Shown in pieces: positions 9,663 through 19,296 of a stretch of 32,000 nucleotides of DNA (position 1 is its first letter; every line of letters starts with the position of its first letter). Origin of the DNA: Trichodesmium erythraeum IMS101 (GTDB lineage: Bacteria; Cyanobacteriota; Cyanobacteriia; Cyanobacteriales; Microcoleaceae); NCBI RefSeq assembly GCF_000014265.1, contig NC_008312.1, forward strand, positions 5,730,001 to 5,762,000, read 5' to 3'. Under the pieces are notes generated by a model, which was given only the letters and a program-made list of their open reading frames with translations, was not told the origin of the DNA and did no database searches. A program made the translations under genes and the position numbers.

Positions 9663-10740
9663 CCATTTCAGGAGTAGTAAAAATTGAGATAAATGAATCA
9701 GTATAAACTCTCAAAAAAAATGAAAAAGTTATATTATATTTCAAGAAAAGGAAAGACTTTAAATTATTTACTGCTCGAAAAATTAAACATTATAAATAGT
9801 AAAAAAAATTGAGATAATTTTAGGATATAATCAAGTAACAGTACAAAAATAGTTAGGTAAACATCCTACAGGTAGACTCAAGTTTTTACTATAACCAGAG
9901 AAAAATATAGGAAAGAGACTAAGTTAAATTTCACCAAATGTCATCGAAAAATTAGGACCACAATTATAAATCCCAGAAGGTTTTCAAAGCTGTGGTGAAA
10001 TCCAGAAGTAGTTAACAACTTATTTTGACATCTATCTATCTTATAGAACAGTTCATCAACTAGTCAGATATAAATTAAAAAGTAAATTAAAAGTTCCACA
10101 TCCAAATCACATCAAACAAAATAAAGAAGCTCAAGAAAACTTTAAAAAAAACTCTCATCTCAACTAGAAGATAAAATTGCTGTTTCCCTATTAGTTTCAA
10201 GACGCAACTTTAATGAGATTAAAAACTATAACAGCTAAAGTCATTAATGCTTGTAGTGTTAAGCCCATTAGCTTATATCAATAGTTATTTAAATATCTAT
10301 GGATTTATGGTGTAGTAGAACCAAAAATAGGAGATTCCTTCTTTGATAAATTTATTTATCCAGATACCCCTTGCATTGAAAAATTTTTAGAGCTTTTTTA
10401 TCAAAAATATCCAGCCAGAAATTCTAATTACTTAACTAGATAGCAGGGGAGATTATCTAGGCAATAATTTAGGAAGTAATAATATTATTTTGCTATTCCA
10501 AACTCCTTATTTTCCAGAATTTAATCCCATTGAAAGACTGTGGAAAGACGTGAAAAAAATCTGGAAAAATAGATCTTTCAATTCCTGAGATTTCTTACGC
10601 ATAATTCTAAGAAATAGATTAACTAAATTTAGTCAAAAATATATTGTTTCTTGTACAAGATATAATTTTATTCTTGAAGCATTATCTGTAGTTGGACTTT
10701 AAGAAATTAATATTAGAATCTAGTTTTTCCTAATTGAAGA
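9663..10740 (+). mobile_element. IS630-family element, lineage B, near full-length but decayed
   Basis: Transposase frame from ATG 9693: MNQYKLSKKMKKLYYISRKGK.., ..LSYRTVHQLVRYKLKSKLKVPHP.., ..YLWIYGVVEPKIGDSFF.., ..PEFNPIERLWKDVKKI.., stop at 10699-10701. Many stops and frameshifts. The right end tttttcctaattgaag (about 10725-10739) is an imperfect inverted match to the left end. Confidence 0.65.
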
Positions 10741-11480
10741 GACAAAGACGTAGGGAAAGAAACAGGTTTAACGCCTAAAAAGCAAAAGATTAAAGAACAC
10801 TTGAGGTCAAAGAATTTCTCGGTTAGTCAGAAAGAATACTTGTCCTTTAGCTTAACCAGCTCATAAGATAAGTCCCAAAAACTAGGGATAACTAAATGTA
10901 ATCATGCAGGTTAAATTCCCGCCCTTCGGGATAGGTCCTTGACTTCAGTTGTTCAGAATTCGGTCAGTAACAACTTGGTCTAGAGTTGCTAGGAGGCTAA
11001 CTGCAACAAGAAATGATATGCTGGAGATGAAATAACCCCAAATAACTCTCAGACCTCAAGCTCTGAGTAGGAAAAGTTTAACATAAGTCTTCTAGGGACA
11101 AAGATTACCCAAGCAAGCTTGTCTGAATAAATGTTCAAAATATTTAGACGTGGGGAGGTAAGAAGGTTGGTGGGAAACAGAAACTGTTGGAAAGGCAAAT
11201 TTAGCGTCCAAGGTGTGAAGTAGAAGCTTTGCCCACTATAAATCAAAAATAAATGTCTTACAGGTCAAAATCCACCGTACTAAAATGTAAAACCCTAGAA
11301 CTATTGAAACAAAGGTTTTTGAAGGGAGTATAGGACCCATATATTTATAGAAAAAAATCAACTCAAAAGTCGATCTATAAGGGCGAGACAATAGAGGTCC
11401 AATTTTTTATAAAATATTTTTTTCATAAAACTGTTGCAATAAATATTTTTTGTGTTATTATATATAGATGTGAATAACAA

Positions 11481-11562
11481 GGGTCGATGCCCGAGTGGTT
11501 AATGGGGGCGGACTGTAAATCCGCTGGCTACGCCTACGCTGGTTCAAATCCAGCTCGGCCCA
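11481..11562 (+). tRNA. tRNA-Tyr (anticodon GTA)
   Basis: Acceptor stem GGGTCGA/TCGGCCC, D arm CCCG..GGGG, anticodon stem GCGGA/TCCGC with loop CTGTAAA, long variable arm, T arm GCTGG-TTCAAAT-CCAGC, discriminator A. CCA is not encoded. Confidence 0.93.
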
Positions 11563-11587
11563 TTCACTAAAAGGATTGAAGAAAAAC

Positions 11588-11659
11588 GCCCGTGTGGCTC
11601 AGTGGTAGAGCACACCCTTGGTAAGGGTGAGGTCACGAGTTCAATCCTCGTCACGGGCT
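11588..11659 (+). tRNA. tRNA-Thr (anticodon GGT)
   Basis: Acceptor stem GCCCGTG/CACGGGC, D arm GCTC..GAGC, anticodon stem CACCC/GGGTG with loop TTGGTAA, T arm ACGAG-TTCAATC-CTCGT. CCA is not encoded. Confidence 0.93.
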
Positions 11660-12164
11660 TTGATATATATATGTATGAAGTTATTTCAAATTTGTAGTCT
11701 TTACTTATTTAATTGATCATCATAAATTTGTGAAGTATCAAAAAGTAATTTTTATTATGAATACTAATTCTGAAAGCTTTGATTACTTTATTCAAAGACC
11801 TTTGAAATACCAAAATTTTATTAATAAACTTAGGAAGCAATACTCATAGCATAAGTGTAAATCATAAATAGGATAGCTTCAACTAAAAATAATAAATTAG
11901 TCCCGCTCAAGAACCAAGAAAAAAGAAATAAGAAATATTATCTAATAACTGGGTACTTGATTAGCCGATAAAATTTCTAACTTATAAATAATTTGTGTTG
12001 CAAGGATTTAAAGCAATATTAATTAGTTGAGTCTATGCTCATTAAAATTGCCATAAATGTCTATTTATAAATCTAACAAAAGAAACTTTATATTGGAAAG
12101 GTTAAATTTTTCATTGTAAATACTTTAGCTATAAGGGATATTGCTATTATAATGGCGCCAACAA

Positions 12165-13854
12165 AATTTTGAGATTAAATTTGTTGAATAGTACAAGAAA
12201 AGTTATAAAGAGATTTAGGCAAATATAGTTCAAGTATTGACCTATGTCTTCATTGGTTTTTACTAGACATCAACTAAATATTTGACAAAACTTAATCATT
12301 AAGTTATTAAGTTTAATGGTACAGTAAAGACACCTGAAAGTTTAAGGCTAAATAACGATAATAAAGATTAATTAATGCTCGAATCAATCATGTAATTTTA
12401 GCTTATTGATTTACAAGATTAATACTGGAAGCTCATAATTCAACAAAATCATCGGTTATATCGTGAAATTCACCGACTGTGTTTCTGCTATAAAAATCTT
12501 TATCAATATGCTTATTATTTAATTCTTTAGTATTTTGTTTTTGAGAAAAATTATTATTAATTACAAAAACTGTACAAAACAGTAAACCCTATAAAGCTTC
12601 CAGCCAAAACCTCTCTACAAATATTGATAATTTTAGAGAGAAACTCGAAGACTTTTTCACCCAATTTATAAAGCTTATAAATAAAACCTATCAAAGTTGA
12701 AAAGCTAGCCTTGTCTATCTAGATATAAAAATAAAATAATAGGGATAAACATCCTAGTTTATACTGTACTTGGTCTTAGTAAACTTTAATTAAAACAAGG
12801 AATAATCAACTCTAGTAAAAATGAGATTTATTTGCCAACTAAAGTTGATACTTGAGAATTCAAACAAGTCCGCATCCTTTCTTGGCTTAAGTATAAGGAA
12901 TAATCAACTATAGTAAAAATGAATGAGATTTATTTGCCAACTAAAGTTGATACTTGAGAATTCAAACAAGCCCGCATCCTTTCTTGGGTTAAATATTATG
13001 TGATTAAGGTAATTTATAAAGCTAAAAAAATAATATCTCTTAGAACAAAACCGTGTTGCTAGTATTGATATTGGATTAAAAAATTTAGCTAAATTTTTAT
13101 GGAGTCTACAGCCGAAACTTATAATATAAGAGGAATTAATCCACTATTGATAAGTTGAAAATAGCTAAAATATATTAATCAAGACACTTAAATATTGTTA
13201 AAAATTTCCTACAATCTCTTATATCATAAAATTGATTAAGTAAGAGAATGAAAAACTTTATAATTAAATAAAATTTAAAATCAATGATTATCTCACTCAT
13301 GGCGTCCCATTTAATTATTGAGAACCTAATGAATAAAATATAGAGGAACTTCGATAATTGGCTATAGTCCAGACTCGAAATAGAATGTTAACCGACTCGT
13401 ATAATTAAGTAGATACGCATTAAAATTTTTTCCTATGTAAAAAACTGTCAATTTACTCTTAAATTAATTGTCTAGAGGAGCTTGTGGTTACTTGATAAAA
13501 TTTTATATAGTTAAGCAATTTCTATGCCTACCTACTGAGGTTAATTGATTGGGTTATCTTATCAAGTTAAAATGGTAGAAATTAAAGTAATTATAACTAA
13601 GAAATCTTGTACCTCTAAATTCCATTTTATAGAGAAAAAAAAATTCAAGTTGATAAAAAAGGTAAGAAAAATCAAGCTACTTATTTACTATCTTTAGAGT
13701 AAAAAGAGGTTTTTACTGTCACACAAGCAAAGAATTAATCAAAGAGTAGTGTGAACGTTTAAGAGAGTATTATGAGAAAATTATTCGCAAACGCCTTTAA
13801 TTATGGGAATTAGGAGGCAGTAACTAGGCCGGTTTCCCTGACTTAAAACTGTTG
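12165..13854 (+). pseudogene. TnpB-like (IS605/IS1341 OrfB) RNA-guided nuclease gene, heavily decayed
   Basis: Fragments in shifting frames: ..LPAKTSLQILIILERNSKTF.., ..NRVASIDIGLKNLA.. (RuvC-I Asp at 13064-13078), ..KINDYLTH.., ..KSCTSKF.., ..KLFANAFNYGN*EAVTRPVSLT*, ending about 13854. There are many stops. The 5' limit is uncertain. No tnpA is present. Confidence 0.55.
12797..12992. repeat. ~99-bp tandem duplication inside the TnpB pseudogene
   Basis: The unit aaggaataatcaact[c/a]tagtaaaaatga(atga)gatttatttgccaactaaagttgatacttgagaattcaaacaag[t/c]ccgcatcctttcttgg occurs twice, at 12797-12890 and 12896-12992. Confidence 0.9.
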
Positions 13855-13981
13855 TGGTATCGTGGTATTGTAGTTAACACAATCAGGTTAATACCTGCAA
13901 AATAAGGATATGTCTTATGTGACTATATTTTTATAAACTATAGCAAAATAAATAAATAAACTATTTGTTGGGGAAGGTGGT

Positions 13982-14932
13982 ATGACGCCTACAAAGTTGT
14001 CAGATTCAGAAAAATTAGAAATTATTGAACTGTATCAAACTACACAAGAGAATACTATTACTCTAGCAGACCGCTATGGAGTGAGTAGTTCTACAATTAG
14101 AAGGATATTACAAAGTAGCATACCAGAATATGAATATAAAGAGCTAGTTCAACAGAAGCAAAAGCGTCCATCTCGTTCCCCAAGAAATATCGGTCATGAT
14201 ACTGAGGAGAACTTGGATGAATCAGTAGATGGGGGTAATTTAGAGTTAGAAGAATCAGGTTATAGGGCAAATGAAGTAGATGGGATGGTAAAAAGACGAC
14301 GCCGACGTTCTTCTTCATCTAGTGATGCTGAAACTGAAGAACTAACAGAATTGCCCAAATTGTCTTTGACTTCTGAATATACTGAGAAATCAAACAATGC
14401 ATTTGAGGGTAGTTATGATTCCCCTACTAAAGAAATACAAGAGATTTTAGCAGTAGATTTACGAGAGAAACCTCAAAATTTAGATGATTTTGAGAATGAT
14501 GATTTAGAAGATTTTGATGAGGAGTTTGATGATGAAGATAAGGATAAGCTTGAAGGAGAAGTTGAAGTTGAAGAAGTAGTAGACACTTCTTATAATATAT
14601 CTATTCAGAATTCTAGTTACTCTGAAGTTAAAGTATATAATCTGACTGAGGCAGTTCTGCCAAAAATTTGTTACTTGGTAGTAGATAAATTTACAGAGTT
14701 AGTGACTAAACCGTTGATAGCTTTTGGGGAATTAGGACAAATACCTGTGGAAGAGTCTCAGAAAAAAACTTTACCAGTTTTTAACAATCATCGAGTAGCT
14801 CATCGATTTTCAGCCCGCAACCAAAGGGTTCTGAAGGTTCCTGATGGTAGAATGTTACAAAAAACTACCGTCTATTTGCAAGCGAAAGGAATTACTCGAC
14901 TACTAATTGATGGTCAAGTGTACAAGTTATAA
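13982..14932 (+). CDS. Conserved hypothetical protein: N-terminal HTH, acidic disordered centre, C-terminal globular domain
   Basis: 316-aa ORF preceded by gaaggtgg. N-terminus LSDSEKLEIIELYQTTQENTITLADRYGVSSSTIRRIL is HTH-like. Centre contains RRRRRSSSSSD and D/E runs. The C-terminus has no family I can name. Confidence 0.6.
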   Translation: MTPTKLSDSEKLEIIELYQTTQENTITLADRYGVSSSTIRRILQSSIPEYEYKELVQQKQKRPSRSPRNIGHDTEENLDESVDGGNLELEESGYRANEVDGMVKRRRRRSSSSSDAETEELTELPKLSLTSEYTEKSNNAFEGSYDSPTKEIQEILAVDLREKPQNLDDFENDDLEDFDEEFDDEDKDKLEGEVEVEEVVDTSYNISIQNSSYSEVKVYNLTEAVLPKICYLVVDKFTELVTKPLIAFGELGQIPVEESQKKTLPVFNNHRVAHRFSARNQRVLKVPDGRMLQKTTVYLQAKGITRLLIDGQVYKL

Positions 14933-15245
14933 TGAGAACTAAAGAAGTGTTGAGGAAAAATCAATTAATCGTGAATTCAAAAAATCCTGCTTTGTAGCTA
15001 AAGCATTATGTCTGCAGCATATCATTTTGGTGATTACCTGATCAGCTTATCAGTTTTTCCGACTGAAGTTAAAGACTTGATAGCAAGTCTGGGCATAAAA
15101 GCAGGCTGGTCCTATCTACCAATACCTTATTTAGAGAAAGGCTGTAACTTGAAAAAAGACCTTCTCACATTTGGTGGATTTGATATGAGACTTGATGTTT
15201 TTTTTCAGTACTAAAACTAAGCCAAATTTATAGTTTCTCCTAAAA

Positions 15246-15491
15246 TCAAAAATTTTTTTGATGATCTTTTATTTGTTCAAGATGAAATAAGGATGGCAAG
15301 ATAATTGAACTAATGATAACTCCTATACTCACGCTAAAGGACAATATTACTCCTATAGGAATCTCGATAGATTGGAAACTGAGAAATTTTAAAGATATTG
15401 GCGTAGCATTCTGAACTGAGAGTATTGCAATAGAGCTCACCCAAAGTGCCAGGATTATACTGCTGATAATTGGCGGGATCAACTTTTGCAT
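15246..15491 (-). CDS. Small membrane protein, LapA-domain/DUF1049-like
   Basis: 81-aa ORF with two hydrophobic helices flanking SVQNATPISLKFLSFQSIEIPIG, the pattern of LapA-domain proteins. Confidence 0.55.
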   Translation of the reverse strand: MQKLIPPIISSIILALWVSSIAILSVQNATPISLKFLSFQSIEIPIGVILSFSVSIGVIISSIILPSLFHLEQIKDHQKNF

Positions 15492-15693
15492 AAGGTATTT
15501 GTTTGATTAATATAAATAATTATAATTTAATCCTACCATGAATAATCAAAACAATTAAACCAATTTTACCTTAAGAATATATAGTTTCCCAATCCTCCAA
15601 TCCTACTCCCTAATATGTGTATTTACTTAATTGAGTAAGAAACTGCTGTAAATTACATATAAATTTAATTAATCTACACTTTTAAACTGAGAA

Positions 15694-16383
15694 ATGCTAG
15701 TTCCTTTAACACGTAAAACATTTGAACAATTAATTCCAATTGTAGCTACAGGCGATCAATATAAATATTATTGGGGTAGGTTATCTGAAGTTTTGAAACG
15801 AGCTTTAATTTCTGCTGTTTCAGTTTTGGTAATTGTTTTAATTAATGTGCTTGTTCATGATGATGGTGATCCTTTATTCTTATTGGTTGGTATTACTGCT
15901 GGTCTTTATTGGTTCTGGGGACCTGTTTTATTAGCTAGTTTTCAGAATGTTGAATTGAGAAGATACCCATATAGTGGTTTATGGCAAGGAAAGGTTTTCG
16001 ATGTATATCTTAGTGAAGAAGTAGTCGGTCAAGAAGAAAAAGTTAATAAAAAGGGGGAATTAATAATAGTAGAAAATTTAGAGCAACGAATAAATTTAGA
16101 ATTGCAGGATAAAACAGGGTTTAAAGTTGAAATACAAGCTCCTCTACGTCGTTATCATCAAGGTATTTCTCGAGGTCAGATAGCTGTAATGTTGGTAATG
16201 TCTTATCAACAAGATTTAGAGAAAATTGCTAAATATTCAGATGTTTATCTTCCTACTGTAAATTTATGGGTTAGTAATTATCCATATCTTAGAAAAGATG
16301 TGTTTGTTGAGGTAATTAATCAGGTGCGTTCATCTCGCAGAAAAAATAAACAACATCAACAACCTAATTTTAAATTTGAGTAA
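15694..16383 (+). CDS. Conserved cyanobacterial membrane protein, function unknown
   Basis: 229-aa ORF with two predicted TM helices (LISAVSVLVIVLINVLV; LFLLVGITAGLYWFWGPVLL) and a basic C-terminal tail. Confidence 0.55.
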   Translation: MLVPLTRKTFEQLIPIVATGDQYKYYWGRLSEVLKRALISAVSVLVIVLINVLVHDDGDPLFLLVGITAGLYWFWGPVLLASFQNVELRRYPYSGLWQGKVFDVYLSEEVVGQEEKVNKKGELIIVENLEQRINLELQDKTGFKVEIQAPLRRYHQGISRGQIAVMLVMSYQQDLEKIAKYSDVYLPTVNLWVSNYPYLRKDVFVEVINQVRSSRRKNKQHQQPNFKFE

Positions 16384-17002
16384 TAAATGCTAAGTAAGCA
16401 TTCAGCTATTAGCTGTCAGCTTTCAGTTTTTTTTTAGTGAATAAAGCAAGCTTTCCCATTCACTTATACTACATTTAACTAATTATTATAAATCTCTCAA
16501 TTGCTTTTTCCTCCTTTTAGGATAAATATTGCGCATAGCGAATAAATGATCGCTGAATGCTTATAATGCCCTAAATATTTCTGATAGTTGAGTGCTGAAT
16601 AAGTAAGTCGGTGTTGAAATTGGTTGCTATGTAACAAAATGTAAATTGACTTCAAATCAACTCTGTAGAGGAACTTGAAGTCAGTCTACAAACCTTAATA
16701 TAGCTAATTTTTTCATGCCTACCTACTTACTTGCTATTAATTAAGAGTTACTGATTAAATCTAAAAGCATTGACTGATATTGAATTCAGCTTTTTTTTAG
16801 CCTTTAAAAATTTCCTGGTTGTCGGTATCTTGAGCTGAAAAAGTTATCATTTTTTTTTGCCGAAAATGGCAGAGGTAAGCCAGGGGAAAATAGATCCGAC
16901 TACCTCCTCCATAAATTCCCCGTTTCTCTTAATTGTAGGGACTTTAGATGCCAAGTTCCTACCTATTCCTCTACTCCTTAAAAAGACAAAGAAGAGCACA
17001 TC

Positions 17003-17629
17003 CTAATTACCTGGACTTTTTTGGCCATAAGCCTGCCAGGCCAAGTCTACTAAACCATTAATAATAGCAACTGCTACCACAGCACTACCCTTACGGCCAT
17101 CAATTCTAATGTGAGGAATCATCGAATCATATAAACGTGACTTAGCTACATCCACCCCTACAAAACCAGAAGGAGTCCCAATAACTAAAGCCGGTCTAAT
17201 TTCGTCGGCTTCAATTAAATCAACAATTGCACAGAGAGCAGTTTGAGCCTGACCAATAACAAAGATGCCTTCTGGATAACGTCTAGCTAAAGTTTCAATT
17301 CCCCAGGCAGCGGTAGTTTTTTCCTTCTGGGGTCTAGTAATAGCATCCATTGAACAGTAAACAGGGTTAACAAAGGTATTTTGGATAACTGGGGTAATAC
17401 CCACTTGTAACATTGGCACATCCACTACAATGGTTGTACGGGCTGCTAAAGCAGCAGCTCCAGACTGTAAAGCATGTTCAGAAAAACTAACCAGAGACTT
17501 ATATTCAAAGTCTGCCGTAGCATATATTACCCGTTTAACTATCTCATACTCTGCGGGAGATAAAGTATGAAGACCGATTTCCTTGTCAATAATTCTTAAG
17601 CTTTGGGCGTCTGTAATATGCCATTCCAT
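17003..17629 (-). CDS. cobH: Precorrin-8X methylmutase (CobH/CbiC)
   Basis: 208-aa ORF. The strings ..VKRVIYATADFEY..., TTIVVDVPMLQVGI, IFVIGQAQTAL, ALVIGTPSGFVGV and KGSAVVAVAIINGL match the CbiC/CobH family pattern and length. Confidence 0.85.
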   Translation of the reverse strand: MEWHITDAQSLRIIDKEIGLHTLSPAEYEIVKRVIYATADFEYKSLVSFSEHALQSGAAALAARTTIVVDVPMLQVGITPVIQNTFVNPVYCSMDAITRPQKEKTTAAWGIETLARRYPEGIFVIGQAQTALCAIVDLIEADEIRPALVIGTPSGFVGVDVAKSRLYDSMIPHIRIDGRKGSAVVAVAIINGLVDLAWQAYGQKSPGN

Positions 17630-18620
17630 ATCAGATTAATCCCCTATATTATAGTTATAGTTAGAATAGTTAGATAGAGTTTTAATTGGGCTATCGTCAA
17701 CTATACTTCACTTAAACTAAACTAATATATAAATGCTCAACTGTTGTAGATTTTTACTAATCTCTACCTTGGTTGATAGTAGGTTAGTCCCTAATAATTC
17801 ATTCTTAGTTGTGGCTAAATAGAGGAAAAAAAATAGCCCCAACCTAGACATAGCAATAATTTCAAGTCTTTTTTTACTTGCTAATGGCTAAAACTTTTAC
17901 AAAACAAGCTTTTTGGTAATTTTTCAAGTGATAAAGTGACAAGTCTAATACTAAAATCAAAAGCCAACTCATTACCTGCACCAGGAATTATTATTTTAGA
18001 CAAGATTTATCAAATTTTCTATGAAGTTGCTAGTGGAGATATTTTTGCTAGAAGAAGGAAGAGCGCTAATTAGAAGTCGGAGCTAAAATTTCGCTGCTAA
18101 AATTTCGCTGGCTATAATGTATTTGATTTTTTTCTTCCTGCTCCTACCAGATAGATCCCCAACCAGACGGCTAATCTTGTTGCCAGAACTATGTCCACAA
18201 GCATTGACAGTTAAGCCAACTATTAGCAGGATAGGGATTTAATTTGAGCGATCAGCTTCTGATTACCTTTAACTTTTAACTTTTATCTAAAAGGACTTAC
18301 CAAGAGCTACTTTATATCTGATTAATTAACGGTCGTTGACCACTAAATATAGTATATGATTTGATATTTGGGATATTACCCTAAATCAATAACTCCTGTA
18401 ATAAATTTAGGAGATATTTATAATAGTAAAAGACTAACTCCATTAACTTCAGAATTAGATTATTAACTTCAGAATTAGATTTAATTGAATAACTTAAAGC
18501 TAAGGAGGAGTTAAAAATAAATACTATTAGATAGTAGGAATTTGATTTGAGCGATCGCCTTGATAAATTTTAACTTTTATATAAATTTTAGGAGATATCT
18601 ATAAAAAAATACTACCTCCA

Positions 18621-19274
18621 TTAACTTTTAATTTCTAATTTATCCTGTGACTTTTCCTCCAAATGACCCTTATTTAAGATCCAGTATTTATCTGCTATTG
18701 ATAAAAGGTCACTAGAATCATGAGTGACAACCAATAAACTCCAATGATTTTTTAGTTTAGCTAATAAATTTACTAGTTGTTTTCGTATTGACCAATCTAA
18801 TCCAGCAGTTGGTTCATCTAACATTAAAAGATGAGGTTGCCTAATTAATTGTACTGCCAAAGCGAGACGTCTTTGCTGACCCCCACTTAATGCTTGGGGC
18901 GAAGTGCTTAATGGCAACTCCTGAAGTCCTACTTCTTCTAAAGCGGAAGATATTTGTTCTAATCGTAATTCTGGATGACCTAATCGTAATTCTTCTAAAA
19001 TAGTACTGCCACAAAAATGTCTTTCTGGGAATTGAAATACTAAACCACCTAGTTGTTGTAAATTTTCGGAGGTTAATTTTTGCTCTCGCCAGTATATTTC
19101 TCCTTGGGAGCATTTAGCTAGGCCGGCTAATATTTCTAATAATGTAGTTTTGCCCGAACCACTACGACCGATAATTAAACCCATTTCTTTGGGTGCTAGT
19201 TCCATATTAATGTTTTCGAGGATAGGGATAAGGCTAGCTGCTGGATGATAATATAGGTTTTTTAGATGTAGCAT
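18621..19274 (-). CDS. ABC transporter ATP-binding protein (ECF/CbiO-like), orphan
   Basis: 217-aa ORF. Walker A GRSGSGKTTLL, signature LSGGQQRRLALA, Walker B LLMLDEPTAGLD, H-loop VVTHD. No permease or S/T component is adjacent. Confidence 0.85.
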   Translation of the reverse strand: MLHLKNLYYHPAASLIPILENINMELAPKEMGLIIGRSGSGKTTLLEILAGLAKCSQGEIYWREQKLTSENLQQLGGLVFQFPERHFCGSTILEELRLGHPELRLEQISSALEEVGLQELPLSTSPQALSGGQQRRLALAVQLIRQPHLLMLDEPTAGLDWSIRKQLVNLLAKLKNHWSLLVVTHDSSDLLSIADKYWILNKGHLEEKSQDKLEIKS

Positions 19275-19296
19275 TTATAAGTCAAAGGGTCTTTTA

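Noticed and set aside
11049-11246. Track ORF 11049..11246 (-), 65 aa
   Set aside because: The minus strand here is pyrimidine-rich, so stop codons are rare in more than one frame. There is no protein-family resemblance. It is treated as part of the unassigned non-coding block.
10741-11460. Known structured RNAs (RNase P RNA, tmRNA, rRNA fragment, group I/II intron) in the purine-rich block
   Set aside because: I could not find the conserved cores: GAGGAAAGTCCGGGC for RNase P, a tRNA-like GGGGCTG..TCCACCA end for tmRNA, or a GTGYG 5' end with domain V for a group II intron. The tagggataac string near 10884 resembles a 23S motif only over ~10 nt.
8985-12992. Possible CRISPR arrays at the 71-bp and 99-bp repeats
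   Set aside because: There are only two directly abutting copies with no unique spacers. Both lie inside recognisable pseudogene reading frames, and no cas genes are in the window.
11660-13900. TnpB relic downstream of tRNA genes as a Cas12k/CAST-type transposon
   Set aside because: There are no tnsB/tnsC/tniQ remnants and no repeat-spacer array. The motifs fit ordinary IS605/IS1341 TnpB (RGLF...NADVN-type C-terminus).
15008-15214. Track ORF 15008..15214 (+), 68 aa
   Set aside because: I see no recognisable family or convincing RBS, and it sits in a short convergent spacer. It may be a small gene or a relic, but it is unsupported.
16847-16912. 21-codon ORF (MEEVVGSIFPWLTSAIFGKKK) downstream of cobH on the minus strand
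   Set aside because: It is too short, has no clear ribosome-binding site and resembles no known small photosynthetic or other peptides. It cannot be supported from sequence alone.
17630-17900. Cobalamin riboswitch upstream of cobH, or upstream of the ABC ATPase at 19275-19400
   Set aside because: There is no GC-rich B12-box-like element. The cobH leader is AT-rich and unstructured by eye, and the ATPase leader is an IS630 fragment.
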